Part shown: positions 52,895 through 64,000 of the stretch, one piece after another
Position numbering within the stretch: position 1 is the first letter of the stretch
Layout: the number at the start of each line of letters is the position of its first letter
From: Octopus sinensis
Lineage: Eukaryota
Length of the DNA: 64,000 nucleotides
Reading direction: 5' to 3'
Assembly: GCF_006345805.1 (NCBI RefSeq)
Contig: NC_043010.1
Location: 37,324,001-37,388,000, forward strand
Notes under the pieces: generated by a model
Told to the model about the DNA's origin: nothing
Database searches by the model: none
The model's input: only the letters and a program-made list of their open reading frames with translations
Made by a program: the position numbers and the translations under genes

Positions 52895-53251
52895 GTGTGT
52901 GTGTGTGTATATATATATGTATGTATATGTTTATATGTATTTGTGTATATAGCGGTAGTGATATTTATATGCATACATACAGCTACTTACATATATATAT
53001 CTATACACACACACACACACTCATATACATACGTGCACAGACAAATATATATATATATATATTTGCATATGTGTTTATATGTGTGTGTGTAAGTACATAC
53101 ATCTGTGTATGTATGCGTGTGTGTGTATATATATATATACACACACAAATATCACTACTGTTAAGTACACAAACACTTAAACATACATACATCCCTATTG
53201 CTATATGCATAAATATACACACACATATACATTATATATATATATTATATA

Positions 53252-53308
<57 letters not shown>

Positions 53309-54831
53309 ATATAATATATATATATATATACACACACCACACACACACACACACATATATAGTCATTTTTGTATTCTGATATCTCAGCTTTTTCACATCA
53401 GTCAATATGAAACTGTCATGTTCCGCTTGTCTGAAGATAAACCATTGTTTATCAATACTTTTAGATTTCCACCGCTTCCAACATCCCCACCACTATCTAT
53501 CTATGTCTGTTACTTCTCCAGAATGGAGTTGGTGGAGGCAGCAGCAGTGGATTTTCTTCTTCATACTGCCAGCACCACCACCACCACTATCTCTGCCATA
53601 ACTATTGCTTCTCCATGGTTGGTGGTGGTGCCTGGTGGTGGTGCTGGTAATGGTGAAGATTCTCACTGCTGCTACTGCAACCACTCCTCCTTCTCCCGGC
53701 ATCCCACCCCCAGCACTAACTATTGCCTGTCTGCCACTATGGCTTTAGCGATGGTGAATGTGGCGGCGGTGGTTTTGGTGTTGAGAATCGGTTTGCAAGA
53801 ATTTCTCTCTCCAGTGTTTGTAGCGGCTCCTTCCGGTTCCACTGGTTGATATTAGATTCTTGCTTTGGTGGGGGGCCCTGCAAATTTGACCACTTGTCAA
53901 CAGAACGAAGGCAGTAAAATCATTTTCCCCAATATACAACTGGTACTTAATGTTACTGATTCCACCCCACATCACCCCATCGAACAACTCAAGGCCAAAA
54001 GTAAATCCACTCCTGTCCACAAAAACAACTTGAACCCACAAGCTCCAAATATTCAAAAGCATTTTCATTTGGGGTTCGATTATTTCCATCCTACATGTTC
54101 CAACCCACACTTTTCTTTCTCTCCCTTCTCCCTGCTGTTTTTACAGTATTCTGCTGAATTTTACAGTTCACTTATTGGTTGGAATACATGAGCAAAATAG
54201 CTGATATAGACATTCACATTTCTGTCTCATGGCTGGGGGAAATATTTTATTCCAGTCAAGAACATTCAAGAATCAGCTTGTTCTCAAGTTATCGTTGTCA
54301 TATAGCTCTAGGTCAGTACTGATTCCAATGCATGTGTGTGTGTGTGTGTGTGTGTATCCTGTCAATTAGTGGTTTGGCAATTAGAGATCAATAAAATAAT
54401 TTCCAGTCTGGAATAAGTGCTGAGATCAATACAATCAACGATAGCCATTGAAGGTTGTATCCCAACATGGTTGCAGCTCAATGAGTGAAACCAGTAAAAG
54501 AAACAAGCAATATGTATATATGTATGTAGATATATATATATATAATATATGTATGTATGTATGTATATATATATATATTATATATGTGTGTGTGTATGTG
54601 TGTGTGTGTGTGTGTGTAGATTTCCATCTCCTGAGCGCCTATTAATAATAATACTGTAATTGTTCCTGTTGTTGTTGTTTTTTGTTTCCCTTTTGGATTA
54701 AAATTATATATATGTATATATATATATATATATTATATATATATATATATATATGCCAGTAATGTAAAATGGACATTTAAGGATGATGATGATGAGATAC
54801 ACACACAGCACTCAGAAAAACAAACACACGC

Positions 54832-54863
<32 letters not shown>

Positions 54864-55047
54864 ATAATATATATATATATTATATATTATATATATATAT
54901 ATATATCATCATTATTATCCTCATTTAACCTCTGCTGTCATGCTGGCATGGGTCGGACAGTTTGACTAGAAACTAGTAAGCCAGGAAAGTGGGAGCTATA
55001 CAAAATGTTGTCTGAAAAAGAAAGCAACAAAAACAAAAAATGTGGTC

Positions 55048-55079
<32 letters not shown>

Positions 55080-55088
55080 CTAGTTAGA

Positions 55089-55155
<67 letters not shown>

Positions 55156-55861
55156 GTGTGTGTCATTGACATGTTGACACCAGTTCCTAAAATCAACAGC
55201 AGTAGAATTACCGACCATTTAGTTTCAATCATGTGATTGTTATTTTATGATTATTGTACTGGAATCGAATTTAAAACTGTGTGATATTGGCAAGAATTAA
55301 TGAGAGAGAAGAGAAAACTCATCACCCCCACCTCACACCCCACACCCCACACAAATGTTAATAGTCTTTGCATTGCTTTCAACGATGATTATTCACTATG
55401 TTCAATCAATGGATTGACCTAGACATTGTATCATTAGTTAAATAATGGTATATTCCATAGGCATGGGCATTCGTAACATAATACTCGGGCAGAATCAGTA
55501 TCACACAGTGGGCTAAAAACGTTTGGATATTTGGCTTGGAGTAAACATCATATCTAACCAGTTCCCTAAACAGTTTTCTGCCTACATAGTCTCGTTCAAA
55601 AAGGTTTTTGGTTCAACCAGGGTCAATGGTAGAAGACATTTGCAAAGGTTGTAATTCACAGAGTGGAATGGGATTGAACCTGGCATGTCATAATTGCAAG
55701 GGTGACTTCTTAACCAACCAGCCAAGATTGTATCTATGACACATACATATGCATATTTACCTATATAAATGCTTGTCTTTATTATGATCTCTATAATCAT
55801 CACCATCGTATGTAAATTTATGCATGTATGTAATGTATGTGTAAATTTCATATACAGGGTA

Positions 55862-56274
55862 GGCGTAGGAGTGGCTGTGTGGTAAGTAGCTTGCTTACGA
55901 ACTACATGGTTCCGGGTTCAGTCCCACTGCATGGCACCTTGGGCAAGTGTCTTCTATAGCCTCGGGCCGACCAAAGCCTTGTAAGTGGGTTTGGTAGATG
56001 GAAACTGAAAGAAGCCCGTCGTATATACGTATATACATATATATGTATGTGTGTGTGCATACGTTTGTGTGTCTGTGTTTGGTCCCCTCAACATCGCTTG
56101 ACAACCGATGCTGGTGTGTTTACGTGCCCGTAACTTAGCGGTTTGGCATAAGAGACCGATAGAATAAGTACTAGGCTGACAAAGAATAAGTCCTGGGGTC
56201 GATTAGCTCAACTGAAGGCAGTGCTCCAGCATGGCTACAGACAAATGACTGAAACAAGTAAAAGAGTAAAAGAG
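55862..56274 (+). mobile_element. tRNA-derived SINE family A, near full-length copy
   Basis: Head with A-box-like TGGCTGTGTGG and B-box-like GGTTCAGTCC, central GGGCAAGTGTCTT, an internal TA/TG microsatellite, and a GAAACAAGTAAAAGAG tail. Other copies near 17.0-17.6, 23.4, 24.7, 28.2-28.6 (minus), 46.2-46.6 (minus), 50.9 and 59.5 kb. Confidence 0.8.
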
Positions 56275-56797
56275 GGTTGGCCAAAATTCACCGGACAGTA
56301 AATCAAAGTTCCATAAGTACTATCTGTAACTCTGTATTAACTCAGATGGAAAAATGTGTCACTCAAGAAGGACTTCAGTTTGAACAATTTGCATGATGTT
56401 TCATATTTAGATGCTTTTATTTAAATTCATTCAGTTGTTAGACATAAATAAATCTTGAGAATTAAAGGGTTTTGATTTACTGTCAGGTGACTGTTGGCCA
56501 ACCCTGTATGTATATGTGTGTGTATATGTGTATGTGTATGTTGTGTCGTCATCATCATTTAACATCCATCTTCCATGCTGGCATGAATTGGACGGTTTGA
56601 CAGAAGCCAGCCAGGTAGAAGACTACCCCAGGCTACTGTCTGTTTTGGCATGTTTTTTTTTACAGCTGGATGCCCTTCCTAATTCCAACTTCTCTCATAG
56701 AGTCGGCTGAGTGCTTTTGACAAGGCACCAATACAGGTGAGGTCCCTTTTAGCATGGGTTTTCCAAATGTCATCCACTTCACAGTGTGTGTGTGTTC

Positions 56798-56829
<32 letters not shown>

Positions 56830-56885
56830 CACATACATACATTCATCCAATCCATGCCAGCATGGAAGGTGAACGTTAAACAATG

Positions 56886-56931
<46 letters not shown>

Positions 56932-57242
56932 CGCATGGCCAAGTGGTTAGAGCATCAGACTTGTGGTTGAGGGGTCGCAGGTTCGAATCTCAGACTGAGC
57001 GATGTGTGTGTTTATGAGCAAAATACCTAAGCTCCACACGGCTCCAGCAGAAGGTAATGGCGAACTTCTGCTGACTCTTTCACCACAACTTTCTCTCACT
57101 CTTTCCTCCTGCATCTCGCAGGTCACCTGTGATGGACTGGCGTCCCATCCAGGTGGGGAATCTATACGGCAATGAAACCAGGAAACCGGCCCTTATGAGC
57201 CAGGCATGGCGTGAGAAGGAACAAACAATATATATATTATAT

Positions 57243-57284
<42 letters not shown>

Positions 57285-57605
57285 TGTATATGCATGTGTA
57301 TATATTTATTATATGCATGTGTATGTGTATGATGTATGTATATATTTGTTATATGTGTGTATAATGTGTACTTGCATGTTTTTATAATGTATGTATAAGT
57401 ATGAATAGATGCATATGTGTGTGTGTATGTATATACATATATATGTTGGGGGTGGGTCGTTTAAATTATCAGACATGTTTTTACATCTGTGAAACTGAGT
57501 GATGCAGTCTGTGTTCCAAACTTTTAATACAATGGTATGTGTGTCTATATGTATATATCTATGTACGTGTGTACCTATGCATATATTTGTGTATGTATGT
57601 GTGTG

Positions 57606-57659
<54 letters not shown>

Positions 57660-58265
57660 TCTTTTACTCTTTTACTTGTTTCAGTCATTTGACTGCGGCC
57701 ATGCTGGAGCACCGCATGTATATATATATATACACACACACACACACGTGTATATATATATAATATATATATATATATATAATATATATATATATAAGCT
57801 AACAGTAAGAGATTACATATATAAATACACACCCACACAAGAGAAGGCTGGTGTTGGTGGTGGCGGTTGGTTGACTAGTATTTTTTTTTTAGTATTTTTC
57901 TTCATAAATCTTTTTATTTTGATTTGGGTTTTCTTTTAATTTTTTTTTTTTTTTTTTTTTTTTGCTGGTGTTGATAATCATTTTCCTCTTCTTTAACTGT
58001 TTATCATTTCTTTCTTGGTGGTATGTGAGGGGGAGGAAGGAAAACAGTGCAGGAGGAGAAGGAGGAAGGAAAACAGTGCAGGAGGAGAAGGAGGAAGGAA
58101 AACAGTGCAGGAAGAGGAAGGGGAGGAGACGAACGAGAAGGGGGGAGGGATGCCAGGAGGAGGGGGACGGTGGATTAATGGGCATGAAATGTTTTGTTTA
58201 TGTTTTATTTTGTTGGGCTTTTTAATGTTTATTTTTATTTATTTTATGTGTGTGTATATATATAT

Positions 58266-58304
<39 letters not shown>

Positions 58305-58517
58305 ATGTTGGAATCTGATAATTTAAATCTGTTTTTAACATCGTTACTGGAGTCTATTGGTGTTTCTGTTCACTTTTGGTTTATTTTTCTATATTTATAA
58401 TCATCATCATCAGCAGCAGCAGCATTGTTGTTGTTGTTGTTGTTGTTATTGCCTTGTGTTATTGTTATTAGCTTCTGTTTATTGTCATCGGATTTTCATT
58501 TTCAATCTTGTTCTTGG

Positions 58518-58562
<45 letters not shown>

Positions 58563-58653
58563 GATTCAGAAGACAAGTGAAAATTATTGGAATCAAGTGT
58601 AAAAATGACAGTTCCCTGTATATTCTTTCTCTCTGTCTCTCTCATTTTATATA

Positions 58654-58690
<37 letters not shown>

Positions 58691-59003
58691 CTTTCTCTCT
58701 CTAGCTCTCTCTCTCTCTTTCTCTCACCACCACCACCACAACCACCCTCATCCAGTCAGTACTGCCCCCCCCCATCACCTGTGTCTTTTTTTAAAAACTG
58801 AAATATTTATTTGTATGTTTTTGTTTGAATTATTATTTGTTATTCTTCTGTTATTTGATGTCTTCTATATATTTTATTTCAAATTTGTTGTTGTTGTTGT
58901 TCTTCTTCTTCTTTGGTACACACAGTCTCCAAGAATGTCTTTGAAATGTCCTTATATGGTTCTTGACATAGCTTGTCTTCTCTTTGTTTATTTTCTTACT
59001 GGC

Positions 59004-59041
<38 letters not shown>

Positions 59042-62000
59042 CTATGATAATATACATCTTTACTTTTAGGTTTTCGATTATGTCGGGGTGTGTTGGAGGT
59101 ATGTGATAATATTCCATGGAGTTGTGGTGTACAATATAGCTCAGTGTGTTATGCTTTCATTCTGTGTACCATAGTTATTGTGCTATGGTATAGTCAGGTC
59201 TTGCATACTGTATTTTAATATATCATAGCTGGTTAGTGTGGTAGGGTATCCTGTAATTTTGGTTTATCATAGCTGCTAGGGCGTGGTATATCACAGGTGA
59301 TGTGATGTACTGAGATATGGTATACTGTAGTTTTGGTATGTTACAGATGGTGGTGGTGTGGTGTGCTGTGATATGCTTCAGTTTGGAATATAGTATTTTG
59401 AGATGCTATGATATATGGTACTGTTTGAAGGCATGTAGTTCAGTGGTTAAGGTTGTAAGTTCAGTTCCTGTCTGTGTTTGTCCCTCCCCCCAACATCGCT
59501 TGACAACCGATGCTGGTGTGTTTACGTCCCCGTAACTTAGCAGTTCGGCAAAAGAGACCGATAGAATAAGTACTAGGCTTACAAAGAATACGTCTTGAGA
59601 TCGATTTGCTCGACTAAAGGTGGTGCTCCAGCATGGCCACAGTCATATGACTGAAACAAGCAAATGAGTAAAAGAGTAAAAAAGTATTATCTCATACCTT
59701 CAGGATTTCTATGATGTGATTGTGTATTTTTACAATGACATTGTAAGGTAGGTGTGAGATGTTGGATCTGGCCAGTTTAAACATAAAAAGGGTCAGAATA
59801 TTTTGGCTAGATATGGCCATTGGTTTGTGACAGTGGTCTGTTCATACTGCACTCGCTTCACTGTCCACTTTTTTCTGTATGCCAACTGATACTGGCATTG
59901 AACCATAACAGAATCAGGTAAAGTGATTGTCTTAGTCTCAGCCAAAGAAAATACAGGAGGATTAGTTAGTTATGATTTTATCCAACATATTCCCCTCTTA
60001 GATTCACACACTTATTGCAGAGGTCCTTCAGTTTTTCTAAGCCCTGTAAAAGGTCTCTGAAGGTTGGGCCTCCAACCAGGCCTTTCATGATACCCTTAAA
60101 GCCAGGAACTTTTCAGCAGCCCCTCATAGGGGCTTGTATTCAGGAAAGAAGCCTTCACTAAGACACTTGGTTTACTGATATGGCATTCCAGTCTCCTTGA
60201 AATTCTACCCATCCATTTTAAAATGTGTGTAGTGGGGTATGCATGTTTATGAGTGTGCATGATGTCTGTGTGTAGAGTGTGTGTGTGGCAGGAAAAGAAG
60301 TTTCCTGTATAGTCTTACCTGAAGCTCAGATCATAATTACAATGAGTCATCATCGTTATCTAATCTCTCATCTCTGAGCCTGGTTTCTTTCTTTCCGTTG
60401 TTGTTGTGTTCTTATGAAATAACACTGATGACATAACCACTGCCATCATGCCAATAATGACAGCTGCCACCATCAGCAACAATAACACTATTAAATAATA
60501 TTGAGCCAATGAGATTGCTTCTATATAGTTGCTCAATTTGCTGGATGTAGCTGCCAAATTTTACTCAGATTACATTCTAATGAACTTAAAAAGCAAAAGA
60601 TGCATTAGACATAATATGCCAGAAAAAAATTTTGAAAAAATATGATTGGATAGTCAGGGTTGGAATGCCTTCGATTTAAAATCTGCTGAATCAAGAGTCT
60701 AACCTAGGGCTAAGCAAACAACATAATATTAACAAAAGCACTCAGAGAGCGCAAACCACCACCAAGGCAACACCAATGTCCTGTCAACAATTAGCCAGAG
60801 ATGATTTTTAAAATGAGAATATCTGGAATAAACTCGACTGCTTTTAAAAATGAGAATACTAAAAGTGAACACAACCGCTCTCAAAAATTAAGTAAAAAAA
60901 CATGAAAAATAATCCAGAATCCTTGACCGATTCCGGTTCAATCCCCAAAATCGAACCAGTTTGTGCCAGTCACAAGGCCAAACATCCCTGAAATTTCATC
61001 CGAATCCATCCAGTGGTTCTTGTGATATCTTGTCCACAGCCAAACAAACAAACACGACTGTAAACAATACCTGCACCTTCACTGAGGTGGAGGTAATAAT
61101 ACCCACCCAATAAGGGGAGCCTCTATAGGGTCACTTGAACTTGCTAGAAGTAGCAATTAAATCTCCCTCACATCACATCTTAATGTTAAAAAAAAATGCT
61201 AACACTATCACTCCCACCATCATCGTCATCACCACCTCCATTACTACTACTACCACCACCACCACCCTTCACCATCAACACCTCCACCCCTGTTCTCTTT
61301 ACCCACATTCCCTTAAGCAAAGTTTTGACCAGTGAGAAAATGCTTTCATTTCTCATAACTGACAGTGTGTATAACTGGTACTTATTTACTGGACTTCTTG
61401 GAGCTATGTGAAATATACACAGGTGACTTTTGCAGGATTTGAAATCAAACTAGCAGGGGGAGAAACCAAATCATCATCATTTAACATTTATTTTTCCACG
61501 CTTACATGGGTCAAGTAGAATTTCTTGCAGCAGATTTTTTTTTTTACAATTGGATGCCCTTCCTGTCACCAACCATCACTTATGTTTGTCATGGAAGACT
61601 AGAAACAAACAACCTCACTTGTATGACAATGATGCCCATTTACAACCATGTAATGTCTAAAAAAGACTACACACCTGCAAGCACACACACACACGTGATG
61701 GGTCTCTATCTACCACATCCTCTCACAAGGCTTGTGTTGGCTTGGAACTACAGTAGAAGATACTTGCCTAAGGTATCACACATCAGGTATAGGAACACGT
61801 ACTGTTACAGCATGTTACTACATCTTCCATTTGGCAGTGATTCCCTACTCTTAGCGGATGTCACCTTTGCACCACTCAAGCAACAACCCACCAACCCATG
61901 GGTCTGTTTGGGCAGTCACTATTGGTGAGGGTTTCACGAGGCTAGAGTACAAGTCCTACCTCAACCCCTTTTAGTCACCTTTTATGACACACAGAGGAAA

Positions 62001-62052
62001 TGTTGGGTCTATTTTTTGGCATGCAGGTCCCCACCCAGCAGAAGGTGCCCCA

Positions 62053-62266
62053 CAACCTGCCTGAAACCGCCTCTGGCTCTGTAGTACAAATGTCTTGTTT
62101 TCAAAAGTTCTGAATTAAAATCTTCCTCCAAACCTTCTTCACAATTTATGTTACTAACACTAGCTTAATGATAACAAAGTTACCTTACTAAGCTCCTTGT
62201 TATATTTAAAATTAATTGAAAGAAATACGGAGCATCTCAACAGAAATATGATAACAAAAGGGTTAA
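62053..62266. mobile_element. TTAA-flanked MITE, family 1 (left end missing)
   Basis: Aligns by eye to 19730-19941 and ends AAAAGGG-TTAA. Confidence 0.6.
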
Positions 62267-62528
62267 ATACACATCCATGTCTATGCCAAGTGCGATGACT
62301 GATTTAGTTTGATACACTTCTGGATCTTGGTCATTTCTCACCATCCAGAACCACTCTGACATAACCTGTCTCTTCTCTCATTACATTTGCTCTGTCTCAC
62401 AACTACCATCCTTTGAGACCCGGCCAGACTGCTTTAACCCAATCCATTCCTTCTTCTGGAATTAGTTTCCTTGCATTGTCAGTGTCACCAGTCTCTTCTC
62501 TTGGGAGGTGGGGGCCTACTGACTAGAT

Positions 62529-62865
62529 CAGGGCTTTTCAACCAGGGTCCTTATGGACCCTGGGGCTTCATATAAGATTTTGTGGGGTCCACAGAAGCAA
62601 TATAGTAAATTGGGGGTCCGTGGTAATCTTTTAACGGTGATGGAAAAACTATGCTTCGGACCAGTAAAGTTTATGTACAATAAAATGGTTATACATCTAC
62701 AATATACAGAATATTTTAACAATTAATTTTATACAATTCCTAATGTTATTTAATTATAAACATATAATAAGACTGTTTTAAACATTGAATGGTTATGGAG
62801 GTCCACCTGTGTGAAATAGGAATCAAAGGGCCCATATGTAAAAAAAAAATGGTTGAGAATCCCTG
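62529..62865. mobile_element. hAT-type MITE
   Basis: TIRs CAGGGCTTTTCAACC and GGTTGAGAATCCCTG (13/15 complementary). The 8-bp flanks GACTAGAT and GACCAGGC match 5/8, consistent with an old 8-bp TSD. Confidence 0.7.
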
Positions 62866-63408
62866 GACCAGGCCATTAAAAAAAAATAAATATACGTTAG
62901 GATTTCAAACATTGACAAGGTGGACACAAATTTGTTGAGAAGGAAGGAGAGGGAACAATTGTCAACAGCATTCCCCCACTCTCGACCCAGGTTTATGACT
63001 GGTATTAATTTTACTGACTGCAAATGGATGGAAAAGGCAAAGTCAATCTCAATTGAATTTGAACCCAAAGTGGAGAAGGAGGCATGTAAGCTCATGCTGC
63101 ACCATTTGTGCAGAGCCATTGTTCTGATTCCACCCTCTCTGGCTATAAATACAAACTGCCATCTTTGTGTCCTTCTTTTTTAAAGATGTTATGGTGTAAT
63201 TTCAAGGAGTTTTTGCTGTCCTTTTTAGCAGAGTGATCACTCTGTAGTGACACTCTTGTCTCATTTTCTATCTCGTTGCTATCACTTCCATCCTTTTTAA
63301 ATATGTTGTGGTATGTGGAAGGTTTTGCTGCTGTTTTTAGCAGAGTGAGCCCTGCATAGTAAAACTGTTGTTTCATTTTCTCTCTTGCTGTTGTTGCTTC
63401 CATCCTTT

Positions 63409-63625
63409 TTAACATTTTCGTTACCATATTTCTGCTGAAATACTCTGCCTTTGTTTCAATTCATTTTGAAAATAATGAAAGATTTAGTAAAATAACATTG
63501 TCGATATTATTCTGGTGTTTGGAACGTAAATTAACTTGGAATTTTGATGGAAGGTTTTAATTCAAATCATTTTAGAACCGGAAGTTTGTATCATAGAACC
63601 ACATGGTGGTATCAAAAGGGGTTAA
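63409..63625. mobile_element. TTAA-flanked MITE, family 1 (inverted)
   Basis: TTAA-CATTTTCGTTACCATATTTCTG ... GGTATCAAAAGGGG-TTAA, the reverse complement of the 19.7-kb copy. Confidence 0.6.
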
Positions 63626-64000
63626 AGATGTGACTGAAGAGGAATTGACTGCTATTTGTTGTTGATTTATGTTGGCACTCCTTTTCTGGCTTCTTAAATT
63701 ATAGGTTTCTTCCACTAGCAAGATGAAGGGATCAATTTGTAGAACAGGGTTCCCATGCCAATATCGGGTACTTGATCTTATTACCCTTCTCCGTTCTCAC
63801 TCCACCATGGGGCTAGAAAGTAATGTCAACCCCACTGTAGGATTTGAACTCCAAATGGAAAGGGTAAAAACTCAGTACTCAGAGATGCTTTATTAATAAC
63901 TGTCACTGTATGGTTTCTACCACTCCAAGCACAAACGCTGAACCATTTGACCATTTCTCCCCAACCCCAGATGCAATATTCAAAAACAAAAATTATTGAA

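Noticed and set aside
63143-63427. 94-aa minus-strand ORF with an internal repeat (HNIFKK)
   Set aside because: It arises from a short diverged duplication next to a MITE, with no recognisable domain or splice context.

Overview
AT-rich, microsatellite- and SINE-dense eukaryotic DNA. The repeat landscape looks like an octopus (cephalopod) genome; this is an inference from recalled repeat families, not a database match. Almost all ORFs in the supplied track are artefacts of (TA)n/(TG)n/(CA)n repeats. The only host protein-coding signal I can support is two spliced + strand exons of MAEA, a subunit of the CTLH/GID E3 ligase (8049-8125 and 19352-19460, joined by an 11.2-kb phase-2 GT-AG intron). 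I could not find the next MAEA exon in the remaining 44 kb. The rest is transposon debris: several tRNA-derived SINE families, RTE 3' ends, a decayed DD37D (maT) Tc1/mariner transposase, a canonical non-autonomous Helitron, and TTAA, hAT and mariner MITEs. The most striking structure is at 32.95-36.85 kb: six near-identical head-to-tail 601-bp units plus a 317-bp inverted partial unit, inserted in a (TA)n tract with a duplicated flank. Every unit carries an intact type I hammerhead ribozyme core (CUGAAGA / GAAA / GUC) with a very long helix II and a palindromic helix III. This is the layout of a retrozyme or Penelope-like pseudo-LTR array, and it could release 601-nt circular RNAs. Degenerate hammerhead motifs from other repeat families occur at 26.3, 48.5 and 51.7 kb.
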